DNA of 64,000 bases from Pelomyxa schiedti (taxonomy: Eukaryota; Protista; Evosea). A model generated the notes under the pieces. It was not told the DNA's origin, ran no database searches, and saw only the letters and a program-made list of their open reading frames with translations. A program made the translations under genes and the position numbers. This document shows positions 23,303-37,021 of the stretch, in pieces. Position 1 is the stretch's first letter, and every line of letters starts with the position of its first letter. The DNA is taken from contig JAHLWZ010000564.1 of assembly GCA_020536535.1 (NCBI GenBank), positions 1 to 64,000 on the forward strand, written 5' to 3'.

Positions 23303-26300
23303 ATGGGGCGGGACAGGGAGCGAGCAGCGGGGTACCGAGCAGCAGCGACGCGGGCCAGGGTCCTCGCCGACATGCTGGCCTGCGCGGCGCCCCCCCAGGG
23401 GGACGACGACCAGGGAGACCAGGGGCAGCGGGATGGCGGGGACGGGGACGGGCAGGGGGCAGGGGGGACAGGGGGGACGCAGCAGCAGCAGCAGCGGGTG
23501 AGACCGGGGCCGGGGCTGGGACACGGGCACGGCTTGAGGGATAGGGCTAGGGAGGCGGGGGAGAGGCTGAGGGCGTATGGGGTGCGGGACGAGGGGGACC
23601 CCGAGGCCTCGTTCTTTGTGTGCGATGGGTGCCGCGGTCCCATAATCCCTGGTACGTGTGCAACACGCCAAATAACACTCGAGTTAAGAACACACCCATC
23701 GATGAGCTTTTGTGGTTTTGGTTGGATTGCCACGGTGTTGTTGTTTATGGCGGGGAAATGTGATCAGCTAAGCTTACTTGTGGGTTTGTGTGTTGTGCCA
23801 CTTGGTATGATAAGATACTGGAAGATATCACTGTACTGAATGTCATGATTATGACTTGTGTGGCTCTTGCTACCAGAAGAAAATTCACAGAGAGCATAAA
23901 ATGGTTCTGGAAGTACACTCTCAGGAATATTTGGCCAGGAAGGCACGGTTTTTTTTGTTCTCATGTTTATTCTTTTGTCCTCACCTCAATAATACTTAGG
24001 TCGTTGAAAGTAATGGGTTTTCAGGGAAATTGGAGAGGGCATTTGAATGCTTTGCAGAAAGACCATGCTTTGGCAGAAGGTGCATAGTTGATGGAACTCC
24101 CATTGATAACTACTCCTGGACTTCATTTGCTGAACTTTACAGAGAAATAAGTGTGCTCAGTTCAGGTAGGGTCGTAAATCAATTCCTGTGTGAGCGGTAA
24201 TGTCATACAGGACTGATAAACAAATTACACCTTGCCCCACACTCCAGGGTTGTCATATGCGGAAGAAATTCCATAGAGTGGTGTGCTGCCCTTATTTGTT
24301 CTATTTTTCCCTACTCTCACTTAGGTTTATTGCTGACATTGCTTGCATTATATCTACTCTGGTAACAGTTCCACTGCACCCGGAATGGACAGCTGACGTG
24401 ATGGGTGCCGTAATAGAAAATTGCGGTGCTGCGGCAGTTCTTTGCAGCCAAGAGAGCTTCCTAAAACTGAGTTCTATCTGTAACTCGCGAAACTGCCATA
24501 TGTTTTGCTGGGATAGATCTGAACTCTCTATACCACCTACCTCCCAAATGGAGGAGCTGAAACTCCCTCCTGGAGGTGTGAAGCCACCTTCCAGGAGCCG
24601 TGATGACCCTGTGACCATTGTCTACACCAGGTATGATTGATCCTGCCCCTTTTTTAATTTTTGAAAACTACAAGTGGCTCTACGGGAATTCCAAAGGGCG
24701 TTGTATATTCAGATTACTTATTCTCCAAAATAACGCTTACTGGTTATCAAATGAACCAATATGATCCCCTCGTTTCTGTGTCCAAAGGTATGGAATTTTT
24801 CCAGAATTTCCTTCTTCCAGCAAGATAGATTCTCTTGCCTGCTCTTCAGATAGACTTACTGCTTACTCCGTTCTTTTGAATGGGGGGCGCACTGGCATTG
24901 TTCTATCACCAAGTACTGTTCTCGAGGATATACACATAATTTCTCCGTGCTTCCTTCCAGCTACCCCAAGGTTCTTTCTTTTCGTTGCTCCTCTGCTTAC
25001 AACTTCTTAGATTATGGAATGTACTCTTTGCCCAATATCAACAAACGTTTAATACTGCACGGGAAAGCATTTTGCAAAACCGGAGTTTGGGTCCCTCCGA
25101 ACGGCACAGCACCCTTGAGAAAGAGCGTCAATGCATACTCTCTGATGTACGTTCCATTCTTGGAACCAGAATACGAAATATCACTTCTGGCGGGGCACCA
25201 ATAAATTCTGAAGTGATGTCTTTTTTACATGAGTGTTGGGGAAGCACTGGAGTTACAGGTATATTATCGCCGGGAGGGAGTTTTAACATCAACCTTACAG
25301 TTGCCGAAAGTTATGGAAGTACAGAAGCAGGAATGATTGCAGGAGGGGATGGAACTTTGCACCCAAGTGTAGAATTCAAGGTTTCGGTTGTATTCAGGTA
25401 ACTTTCTCACTTTGAAAGCTCAGAGATATCCCCGAACTTGGGTATACCACCACGGATACTCCCAATTCTCGTGGCGAATTACTAGTGAAGACTGAGGAAA
25501 TGATTCACTCGTACTATAACAATGTATGTGACACTTCCACTGCTTTTGACGATGAAGGATGGTTTCATACGGGGGACATAGTGGAGCTGCTTGGTTTGCG
25601 ACAGAACACTTTCCCTCCTTGTTTACCCTTACAGGTCCTAGAAAAATTCAAATTGTGGACCGAATAAAGAATGTCTTTAAGCTCTCGCAGGTTTTTTCCT
25701 TCTCGGTTTTCCTTATTTATTTCTTCTGATGAGAACCAAGGGTGAATTTGTGGCACCACAGAAAATTGAACAAGCACTGGAAACGAATCCACTGTTCTCT
25801 CAAACGTTTGTTACCTGTGGAGACATAAAGAAGTTCCAGCAAAATAATGTGGTAATGACATATTGTATTTATTATTTCCCATTCCCCACTCTCTTAATAG
25901 GCAGCTGTCATCGTTCTTAATGCAACAATACTTCATCAAACTATTCCTGGCAGCTCAACAGCTACTTTTTCTGATCTTATTCAAAGACCTGATACCCTTC
26001 TATGTGTAAGTTTTTTCTGCCTGGCCTAATAATAAACTTGGTTTTATATAGGTGCGACAGGCAATCAAAGAAATAGCATCTGTACAACATCTTCGTTCCT
26101 TTGAGGTTAGATGAATCGAAAAAACCTTCCTAAGCAAACCACAGACCCCAATCGCTATTGTTTTGGAGTCCATTCCATTTTCCGTAGAAAATGGTTTACT
26201 TACAAGTTCAAGAAAGTATGTTCCTTCCATCCTCTAAACGCATAATATCCTTTCTTGCCAGGCTCAACCGGCCAGCACTCGAGAAACATTACTGCGAATT

Positions 26301-28073
26301 AGTAGCGAATGCGGTCAAAGACCAGATTATGGCAAGTGCCAATTCTTCCCCATTGTCACACCTTGTAGCCGATGTATGTGCTCTTAATGGAGTAGACTGC
26401 ACCGCAAAAGGCATCTAGCACTTCAATAATTGCCCCAATTTACGAGTTCACATTAGGTGGCAATTTTGTGTCCTTTGGTGGAGACTCCCTTGCAGCTCTC
26501 CGTATAGTTTCCACACTTAGGAAAAAGTACAATATCGATGTCCCTGTTGACGTTTTACTTGATTCAAGTAGAGATCTCTCCACTATAAAAGTAACCGAAA
26601 TACTCTTCTTGTACTCATTCTGTATTCTCAGTTAAAACATACAGATAGAAACACTTAATATTTCCAGCAGTGATGAAGTATTGCGCCTGTTGATTCAAGA
26701 TTCTCCTCAGGACATTAGCTACGAACTCATTGAGCCACTGCCTATAGTGGCAAGTGATAGACCCCGCGGCATTTTCGTCACAGGAGTAACTGGATTTATT
26801 GGTGCCCATGTAATATCTGAACTCCTGAAGTTCTATGATGATTCAACAACTATCTACTGCTTTTTCCGTACATCCACAAATGTGTTGGAGGGTGATTCAG
26901 TGGAATATCTTTTATCCCATTTCCGCAAAATGAATATTTTGCCTGGAGAATCAGCCCGGCGAATCAAAACCGTGCAGGGAGACCTTTCTGCACCAAACCT
27001 TGGGATCGCAGAGGAAACCTTGGAATCTCTTCTGAAGTCAGGAGCCTTTGACCATATTTACCATCTTGGGGCTGCTGTAAACCATGTTTCATCGTACAAT
27101 ATGCTAAGGCACAACTTTTATATTCAATATTCTCTGCCACTAATATTTTTTGAAGGCTTCCAAATGTAATCGGTACCAAGTCACTCCTTTCTGTGGCACT
27201 GAGAGCGCGCACAAAACTCTTCGTTTATTCGTCCTCTGTTACTGTATTAGACGGCACCGGCAACCTCATGGATGTCAAGTAAATAGTATAAGAATGGTAT
27301 TCTCTTACTAACACCTCCAGAATGGCTGCTTCTACAGACGGCTATAGTGCCTCCAAGTGGTGTGCTGAGCAGCATGTGTGGAATGCTAACAAAATCCACC
27401 AGCTTCCAGTTGTAGTTTTTCGGTAAACCCTCAGCATACCGCATGAAGCTAACTAACATTACGAACAGAATCGGGATGGTCTCATTCTCACTGGAAACCG
27501 GCTGTGGAAACATTTCAGACTGGGTTCACAGGCTACTCACAGGGATCATGGAGCTAGGTTCCGCACCAACTTCCACATCCAAATTCAACCTGATTCCCGT
27601 GGATTACGTTGTAAAAGCAATCGTCAGTGTTTCTCAGCTTCCCAATTTCCAGGTTACAGCTTCAACCCTTTTCGCCTCGACTCAACATTCCACAGGGTAC
27701 CGCCGTGAATTTAATCCACAATGAACTAATTCCTTTCTCCACAATCATAAACTGGATTTCACAATACCACCCGGAATCACCATCACCAATCTCACAGCAA
27801 CACCTAGAACACCTTTCCCACACTGTGCCTAGCACCGCTTGGTGTGAATCACTATCACGCAGCCTCGCCCTCACACAACATAGCAAAACACCACGCTGTG
27901 AGAGACTGGAGTCACTGCTGCTGTTCTCCAATGGCTCAATTCCTGACTTCGCACCCTCACATGGGACTATTACCCCATTCCTTGGTTTCCAGGGTACAAT
28001 AGGTTCACCTCCGCAAATAACTCTTTCTGCTGTACATAGATACATACACTGGTGTTTCCAGCACTGGGAATAA
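23303..28073 (+). CDS. Carboxylic acid reductase-like single-module NRPS-type enzyme (ZZ - adenylation - PCP - thioester reductase)
   Basis: A domain: IVYTSGSTGIPKGV, ESYGSTEAG, GWFHTGDIVE, DRIKNVFKLSQGEFVAPQKIE. PCP: FGGDSLAAL. R domain: IFVTGVTGFIG, VQGDLSAPNLG, GYSASKWCAE. N-terminal ZZ finger. Confidence 0.88.
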
Positions 28074-28166
28074 ATACAAAAAAAGGAGTATTTCACCATT
28101 ATCTACTTCCTTGACACTGAACAAAATAACTTAGAACTCACTATCTATTTCACAGAGATAAATCAA

Positions 28167-30069
28167 CTAACAATTACTGAAGAAGCCAAGTGGAGTAACC
28201 CAGCCACCAGATAGGAAGTCAATATTGCAGACGTTCTTCACCTCGTCATTAGCCAAGTATAGGCACAGCAAATGCGGGCAACTTCTGGCACGGGCCACAT
28301 TCCCAGCCGGGAAGCATACTATTCTCAGCCATACCATGTACCTGGTATTGGTGCTAAGCTCCACTGTCTTTTTCACAAGGGCCACTTTCTGAACTGTGCC
28401 CCCTGTCACAGATAGGAAGGAATTCCCGAATTGGGTCATTCTGGTGAATATATCATCAGCTATTGGTGCGAGATCAAGTGAAACTTTGGTGACAAGAAGC
28501 GCAGCTGATACAAGTACACCTAAAAAGAAATTGGTAAGGGCAAATATTCTGATCTGAGAGAAGGTACTTGGAGATAGGAAGATATTATCGTTCAGGCAGC
28601 TACCGGTGTGCGCTTCAATCAACTTAAGTAGAGCTACATGACGCCGAGCCTTTTGAGTGCATTGGAATAATTAATGAGTGACTGTTTTTGTTTTTAAGAC
28701 TACCTGTGAAGTACTCAGAGTAACGGCTTTGTTTGCGGTGTTGTTAGACTGAAATTTGGAACCGGTGGTGCTATTAGTAGGCGGGCTTGTGTCAGTGTTT
28801 GTCTGTTGCCGGTCTGAAATCTTTGTAAATAGAAGGAATGTGAATGGGCAACAAACTTTGTGGACGAGACCGCAGGTGAAGAGGCTCACTTATCAGACAG
28901 TATTTACTTGGTTCAAATGTAATTACAATGTTGATTGGGGCCCCCAAGTGCAGTCTGTGTTTGTTATGAGCAAATGTACACCTATAAGAACTATACCTAG
29001 AAGAAGTACAAATGGTAGTGATTAAGAAGAAGTAGTCCTCCTGCTGAGGGTTCCTACTACAGTGTGATGCAGCTGTGTGCGAATATATTTCTAATACACT
29101 CCCATCATCATGGTTACATGATGGGCACCGGGCAACTGGAGCTGTGATTAGTAAAATGAGGAGGGAACAACTTAAGTTACGGGCATTTGATCGTTCAGTG
29201 TAAACGCATGCAGACAGCACACATATCTCCACGTCCCGGTCAGTCAGTCCCATGTTTACCCTCCAGTCCCGAGTCATTCTCACCACCATCTATGTTTATG
29301 GAAAAAGACAGTGGTGTGAAACACTAAATACCGCCAAAGAGACATACACACACAACCAACACGCACACACACACACACACAGCGCACACACAAAACCAAC
29401 ACGCAACACACACACCTTGTTTTGTTTCTTGTGTAGTAGTATAGGGGACTCAAACAGCACAGCCGGTTCCCCACCAACACCAACACCCCCTCCCCCCCCT
29501 CCTCCGCCATTTCCTCGACGTTGCAAGCGTGGTTGTCCCTGCTGCTGCTGCTGCTTGGTCCCTTGCGCCTGCTGTGTCGTGGGGCCGGGCGTGGGCGTGT
29601 AGTTGAGGGTGCTGCTGCAGCAGGGGCTGGGGCTGGGGTTGCGCGGGGGCATGCTGCACGCGTACGAGTAGAGGCACCCAACCCCAACCCCAACCCCAAC
29701 TCCTCGCCCCCGACCGCCGCCGCCACCGCCACCACCGCCGCCGCCAGCAGCAGCAGCAGCAGCAGATTGGTACACGGCCTGTTGCTGCTGCTGCTGGGGC
29801 GGGGGACGGCGGGGGGCCCACCCCCCGTTGTTCTCGTTGCTCTCCCCGCCACCACCACCGCCGCCGCCGCCGTAACCTGTGTATCCTCCTCCTCCACCTC
29901 CTCTTGTAGCGGCGGCTGTTGTTGCGGTGCTGGACGTGGACGTGGGGGCCGCGGTGGGTGCTGCCACCAGGGGTCTGTCCGGGAAAAAGCAACCGGGGGC
30001 AGGGGGGGGTGGCCGGGCAAGGACCAACGACGCCGCTGTGGGGGGGTACAGTTGCTGGTGGTGCATCAT
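28167..30069 (-). CDS. Putative CudA-like amoebozoan transcription factor
   Basis: Low-complexity Q/G-rich N-terminus, then RCPSC ... YFFLITTICTSSRLHL ... ISEPLHLRSR, resembling the CudA-type core as I recall it. Confidence 0.45.
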
Positions 30070-30357
30070 GCGTCCTACGTGTGCGAGTGCGTGTGTGTGC
30101 CTATCTGTGTGCGTCGCAACGGGAAGGACCGGCGTTCTTTCTTGTCTAATTTTTTGAATCCAGACACAAGAAACAAAAGGAACGGTTACGAGTGATCGAG
30201 GGTGCTTTCAAAGTTCCCAGGCACGAAACGCGTTGATGATCATCGATCAACTCTTTATTTGGTGTGGCTGACCCCTCTCGACTTGTTGTTGATGGAAATG
30301 ATTTGGATAAATTACACACATAGGAAAGGAGGAGTGGGAACTGCGGTACTGGGAACT

Positions 30358-31437
30358 TCAGAAGTCATCATCGCCCCATTCCTCGTAAGAATTCCTGTCG
30401 GGCCTGGCTTGCTTTTGTTGGCCGGGGTTTGTTGCTGGTGCGTGTGGATTGTGGGATGCGGAGGAGGTGCTTCCTTTGTTATTAGATGCTGAAGGTATTA
30501 CCCTGAATATGGAATCATAGTCAACTTGTTGTGATTGTTGTTGTTGTGATGACCCTGTCCTGTTACTACTGCTAGTGGTCTGCCTTTCAGTTGTTTCTTC
30601 ATAGTCTCCAAGCCCAAATCCACTATCGTTGTCATCATCATAATGAGCACTGCTGGGCTTCTTTGTGGGTTTTGGAGTTACTGAGGAGGGGGAATCATGT
30701 TGGGCCGTGCTTGTGGGTGTTGTTGTTATTATTGGTACAGCAGAATACTGTGAAACCCGGAAATCAGTTGGATGGTGGCTACCTTCTGACTTCATCCTCC
30801 GCATCAGATGTGCCAACCTGAGTCAAAGTAAATTGGAATTTTTTTGCAAAATGCGAGTATAAGATATATATATATCTCGGTAGAAAATTTACCCCCACAT
30901 CCAGTAGTCCGAGCTAGTAGCACCCCGTGCCACTAACCTCCAGTTCCTTGATGGAGTTGAGAGTAGTATCCCCGTTGTCATTTTGTCACCAAGGGACTTG
31001 CCATGACTGCCGCGCCAGTCGACAACTTGAGTTAAGTCTATAAGTCCCTGGAATATTATGAATATTATCAGTGTGAGTATTTGTGTTGGTCGGAATTAAG
31101 CAATTATGATGATTGCCATTATTACCTTGAAATAGGCATGGTCACAGGAAGAATCAGAGTAATATTCAAGTACATAAAGGTTTTCCTTTGTATTTCGGAA
31201 CCACCTGTTGAAGTTAAGTTAACTGGCTGTACAAAGAAAAGTGTATGTACACATGGCACACAAACCTCTTCCTCCAATTTGTGTATATCGCACCCTCCTT
31301 CCACAGCCACCCTCGCAACAGTAACTCCTAACAAGTATTACCTCTTAGGAAAAAAAAGCACAAAACACAGACACCCAAAAACAACTACGGCCTAAACAAA
31401 CAACTTGTTTGTCTATGCGGATGTCGTTGTGGCTCAT
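30358..31437 (-). CDS. PH-domain protein
   Basis: Spliced translation LRGWLWKEGAIYTNWRKRWF...LEYYSD...FKGLIDL...TPSRNWRLVA...DYWMWG; disordered tail ending EEWGDDDF. Confidence 0.8.
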
Positions 31438-31618
31438 GTCGTTTTTGTTTTGGGAATTTCACAAAACCCGAAAACGAAACGTTCCATCTCGTTGTGTCTG
31501 GTAAAAATAAAGATGCTAAAAAGAGGAGTAAGTACAGCCAGAAGTTGTGTCTTTATAACTTGTAAATGTGTGGATGGTTAATTTGACAAGTAAATGTATT
31601 TTAACAAAAGTTTGAATT

Positions 31619-32383
31619 TCACAGGAAAATAGCCAGGAAGACGACGAGAATGAGAATGGCAATAAGAGCACACATAGTACCCAGCATGATGTTGTTTGAT
31701 GCCTTTCTCTTCATTTGCCTAATGTCATCCGTGGCTTTCATCAATTTGCCATCTGTGTTGTCCACTTTCCTTCCAACCTGTAGCAATGTATGAGGATGAG
31801 GTATTTTGTTTTGTTTTGTTTTTATTTATTTATTTATTTATTTATTTGTTTATAGGTTTTGGGCTTACTTTGTCAATGAGCTTTACTTGGTCATCAACTT
31901 CATTGCCGATGGCAACGGCGATTTCTTTTGTTCTCACAACACTTTCACCAATAGCATCAATGACTCTGTCCTGCTCTCCCATAATATCGCGCTGTTGTTG
32001 CAGCATGGCCCTGTTATCCGTATGCGCTGCAAAAAGCCCAATGCAGAGCCAAATGTTAGCCAATAGCCCAACAACCAAAGGCACACATACACATGTCATC
32101 ATAGCCGACGTTAGTGGGGCTGGCCAACGAACCGTCACCCCTCGTCATCAAGTCATCCCTATATATTTTGTATTTTTGGTGAAAAAAAAAGCCCCCAACG
32201 GAATTCTTATTACTATGAACAATATACCCTCACACATAGGCTATAATAACCGCGTTACGCTTCCCAAGAGAGTATGGGAAAAAACGCAAAACACGAACTG
32301 AATAAACATCGTAAACAACGACGGTGACGTTACCGCTGGGATCTTGGCTGACCACTAGATCCGTAGGCTGGTCTGCTGTTCAT
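31619..32383 (-). CDS. Qc-SNARE (syntaxin-6/8-like)
   Basis: QQQRDIMGEQDRVIDAIGESVVRTKEIAVAIGNEVDDQVKLIDK-VGRKVDNTDGKL plus C-terminal TM MCALIAILILVVFLAIFL. Confidence 0.85.
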
Positions 32384-32611
32384 GTCAACGGTCTTATCTT
32401 ATAAACACCCCTTGTAACCTTCTTCTTTTCCCTTTTGTGTTTTTTTTTTCTCCTTCCATCACTTGGTGATCATTCCCCAAATGAACGTGGAATCCCACAA
32501 TGCATTGCTTCAACCCCCCTTCACCCCTCCGCTAAATACTCATCGTGCTGCCTAGTCTGTGGCGTGTGGCCTCTGGTTTGAGTTCATAAAAACTTGTTGT
32601 TTGAATCTGGA

Positions 32612-33763
32612 ATGCGACGAGGTGTTGGTGTGTCGCGTACTTTGCACGCGCAGGCATCCAATGTATGAGGTGCTTTGTAATTGTGGGTGCAAGGTTGTCG
32701 TCTTTGTTTTGATGACAATTGAGCTGTTGTATATAGGCACAATTTAAGAATAAAGGAAATGAGTTTGCTGAGGATCAAATGAAGTTGGTATGTTTTACTC
32801 CTTGTTCTTGTTGTGGTTGCGTCCCACTCTCTTACAGATGAATGAACAACTTGTTGTTTTTAAGCAAAACCTTGAGGAATTTGCTCAAAAGTACAAAGTC
32901 ATACTCCCTCTCTTGTTGTATCTTCTTGTTTCCAAACAGTGCAACAGAAAAAAATAAGGAAGAGCCCTGAATTCCGCCAGCAATTCAATGAAATGTGCAC
33001 AAAGGTGGGTGTCGATCCACTCGCATGTATGCTTGCAATAACTTTAGCAAAACTAATTCTATATTCACAAAACAGCAAACAAGGGATTCTGGGCCGAATT
33101 GCTTGGTGTGGGCGATTTTTACTATGAGCTTGCAGTGCAAATTGTTGAGGTTATTCATTTTTACTCCAAGTGTTTGTTTCCTATGACTCCTAAGGTTTGC
33201 ATGTGTACAAGAGCCACAAATGGCGGAATTATCGAACTTGGGGAATTAAGAGGCCATCTACTACGGAAGCGAGGCCCGAAAGCACAGGCCATCAACAAGT
33301 ACCTCATGTTCGGCTGAATATCTCCCCTCACATTCCGTCCAGTGACGATATCGATCGGTCGATCCGGAAGCTGCACATTTTAGGAAGTGGGTTCAGCCTT
33401 ATCGTGGCCGGTTCCACCAAACTTGTCAAGTCAGTTCCTTGTGAGTTGAGTGTAGACCATGAAGCAGTATTCCGCATTGCCATGGTAATGCTCGTGATTA
33501 ACTTCATTTGCCTAAATTCTACAAGGAAAAAGGATTTGTGTCACAAGACTTGTTATTCACGCAACTGGCGTGGGACAAAGAGCGGACAGACTCCGTGATG
33601 GTGTGCTTACTGTTGCTTCCACCGTTCACTAATGAGACACTCTCAGAACTTGCTATTGCAGGAGGGAATTGCATGGCTTGACACACAACATGAGTCCGGG
33701 CAACCTGCCTATTGGTTCCCTAGCATAATACATGGTGGGTTTGGTGACGAGATAGGAGAGTAA
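32612..33763 (+). CDS. SNF8: ESCRT-II subunit SNF8/Vps22/EAP30
   Basis: MRRGVG, FKQNLEEFA, PEFRQQFNEMCTKVGVDPLA, GFWAELLGVGDFYYELAVQIVE, SVPCELSVDH, YWFPS. Confidence 0.93.
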
Positions 33764-33797
33764 TATCGTCGAAATAAATTGTTGTTTTTTTTTCCCC

Positions 33798-36742
33798 CTA
33801 TAATCTGGAACTTGGGAAATTGAAGTATAGAACATTGGGCCCATCCCTTTGAATCATGGCTTTGGCCAGCTCCCTACAGGGCATTAGTGCCCTAATGTTT
33901 TGATTCTTATGCTCTATGTATTTATTTATTTATTTTGAGGTGGTTGAATCAATTAACTAGCAAGAGACAACATAACATACGCGTTCTGTATCCCAAGGGA
34001 GGTGAGCTGTTGAATGAGGTATTCTTCCCATTCTGGTGTGGTACTCCACACGTTTCCGGAGCGTGAGAACGGGGGCTGGCCTGGTTGAACTGGTGACATG
34101 AATGCGGAAGGTGCCTGGTACGGGAATGTGAAGGGTGCCGGCTGTGCCTGTGGGGTGTTGTATATTACCGGGGATGGAGAGTTCGCCGATGGGGAGAACA
34201 TGGGCGAGGGAGGGAAGGCGAAGGGCTGCTGTTGCGGCTGCTGCCTGACAACTATGTTGTGTGGTGCTTGGGGCACGAGGGTGGGTGGGGGAGGTGCGCT
34301 GGGAGGAGTGGAGAACGGGTATGTTGCGGGGATTGGGGTCGTGGTGAATGGACTTGGGGAGAGGCCGGAATAGGGCTGCAGGAGCGCGGACTGTGTGGTG
34401 GAACTGGTGGGGGTTGCGGAAGCTGCTTTTGTTTTGGCTAGTAATGACGCTGATACATTGGGAACCTTTGGGACCGCTTTGGTTGCTTGGTTCGAGACTG
34501 CACAAATTCATTGTTAAGCATAATTCATCATCGGGGGGTGTTACCGGTATAGTGTGCTTCAAGTCGTGCAAAGGGAAGATTGTTGTCATCAAGTAACTCC
34601 CATGATGTGACATGTTTTCCTTCATCACTTGGTACAGCAAGTTGTGCGCCAATATCAGCTTCCGAATCTTCAAAGTGTTAGACAACCAGTAGTTGTAGAG
34701 GAAAAGTAAGGCTTACTAGGGGCAACACAGGGGACTGCAAGCTTTGATGCAGTCAGTGAGCCAGAGATCATCCCGGATGTTACAAGGCGGCACCCTTTAG
34801 GCCATGGCAGGGTTCCGGAGTTCTTGACATGCCATATTTTTACTCTGTTTTGATTTGGGGGAACTACACTACCATCCTGTTATCAAAGTTAAGGAGCTGA
34901 TGATTGTCTTTGTGGGCAACATACGGGAAGTGTGGTGTGCTTCAAAAATTCACATGAGTATGGACTTTGGGGAATTTGGCTGTTTGAGAGTGTTAAGGTA
35001 TGTGAGGAAGATGCGTGGTTACCGGGGTACATCGGCAACTGTATTTTCAGGAGTCTGAGGCACTTCAGGTGTGGTGTCTGGTACACAAGGGGTAGGGAGC
35101 GGTAAAGTTGGCTTATTCTCGGCAACGCTATTTTCTTGGTCTTGTTTGTGATCAATGGGTAAATTGGTGTCAAGGGAAGTCTTGGCCTCAATTTTGCACT
35201 CATCTCCATTCTGTGATTTCGCTTGGTTTTCTGGTATGGAAGTCATTGGAACAGAGGGTTCTTTTGCATTCTGAATCCTGGTGAGATTTGGAATTCGAGG
35301 TTTTAATAACAGACCATTTCAGTTGTTTGTTGTGACAGTATAGGTGCTTGATCTTCTACTTGAGTGCCTGATTCCTGCTTCGTCGGGGTAGTCGTGTTTG
35401 GTGGGGTAATCGCTTCTGCAACTGGGGATCCTCCAGTTTGTGAAACAAATTTTTCTACTTCAGATTTCAAGAATTCCAACAAATTTGCTTTCTCATCTGG
35501 TACTCAAACAAAAGCTTAGGATTTCTGAGAGGATTATTGTAGTTACCTGTCGTTTTGAAAAGGACTGTCATCAGGAGCTCGCACAAGAACTTCACCACAT
35601 TAGACTGCTGTGCCTGGCAAAGGAAACTGTGGAGTTGACTGGGAGTTTGCCCCAGGCTGACCAGCATCTATAGGAAATTTAAGAAAAAGGTTTCGCACAA
35701 GGGAAAAAAAAACCTGACCAACCGGTGTTGGGAAGTTGGAAAGCATTTGACTGGGCGTACAATATAAGATTGAAAGAAGAGGTTCTGTGATATCTGGGTC
35801 ACTGGACGTCACGCTGTAGGGTGTTTCACTCTCCACAGGTGGTTGCATGACTGGCTCCCCTGAAACTCCCTTAGGATCCACCGTGTCACATTCAGTGCTA
35901 GTGACACTTTGGCTTTGCATTTGGCAACCGCCGCAGGTACCTTCGCTATCTACTGGAGGTTGTGGGATTTCGTATGTTGGAGCAGAAGGCTGGTTCATAA
36001 GAGGAAATTCTAGAGTAGGAGAGTCAAAATTGCAATACTGAGAGTTGCTGTCACTCTGCGGTGTTTCAATGTCAGAGGGTTTTTCAGTGTTCGCCTGTGG
36101 AGGCGGTTCAACTGGTTCTTGTGGAGCAGTAGGGTGATCAAAAGGATTTTCTGGAACTTGTGCAGGGCCCAACCACTCCGAGGAAGGTTCGTTCGTGTTG
36201 ACGGGAGCCTCAAGTTGACTGGTGTTTGAAATGTACTTGCTTGCTTCCAACTTTGCCTTATCTTCAAGAAGTTAAACCGAATTTGGTCGAATGAAGGTTC
36301 ACCTAAAATTTCCAGCTTCAACACCTCAGCATTGCATTGACATACAGCGGAATCAAGGTCGTCATCAGTCTGCATTGTGACCCAATCGTTGTCACCATCT
36401 CAATTGTGTGGTTTAGTCCTTGTTATTGGAAAAGAGGGAGGGATTACCCAAGTACTTAATAACATAATCAGCAGGCATGTCCATTGCCCTGGCCAACTCC
36501 CCAACCAGGCTAGTGATCTTATTATCACCCCTGGCCAGGCTCACACTCACACTAACACCCTCCTTTAGTGCTTCAAAGTGGAACCTATGTAGCCAAATTA
36601 AAAATTTAACACCATTAGGATTTCGATTTCCAACCCGGTCAAACAAAAAACAAAGCAAAAAAATTCGCCTTAGTGATGCATAAAAATGGGTGTTTCAACC
36701 ACGTCATTGTGGGTTGTTGTGGTCCTACCTGTCATCCGCCAT
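33798..36742 (-). CDS. NBR1: NBR1-like selective autophagy receptor (PB1 - FW - UBA-like)
   Basis: PB1 OPCA motif IKYLDGDNDWVTMQTDDDL; FW domain TLPDGSVVPPNQNRVKIWHVKNSGTLPWPKGCRL...AVPSDEGKHVTSWELLDDNNLPF; C-terminal UBA-like EEYLIQQLTSLGIQNAELAKAMI. Confidence 0.78.
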
Positions 36743-37021
36743 CACCAAAAAACGATTCGATCAAAAACTGTTTCTGGGGTTGTAAAGTCCAACTTGGCCA
36801 TGGGTGGTTTTCAAGTCTCATAGCACAGGTTCTGAACTCCAGTAATCCAATGTGAGTATGGATTTACCTTTCCCTCTGGATTAGAACCTGCATTGGTGCA
36901 GGAAAGAGGCACTCTTCCCCGAAACCCATTCGGCCGTTCTGCTCAGTCTCGTCACATCAAGGCAATGGGGAGACTCATCCCATCATCGCAGCCACAGACC
37001 ACAACCAACAATCCACATAAC

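Noticed and set aside
23345-23380. PTS2 peroxisomal signal RARVLADML on the CAR
   Set aside because: Lacks the required H/Q at position 8.
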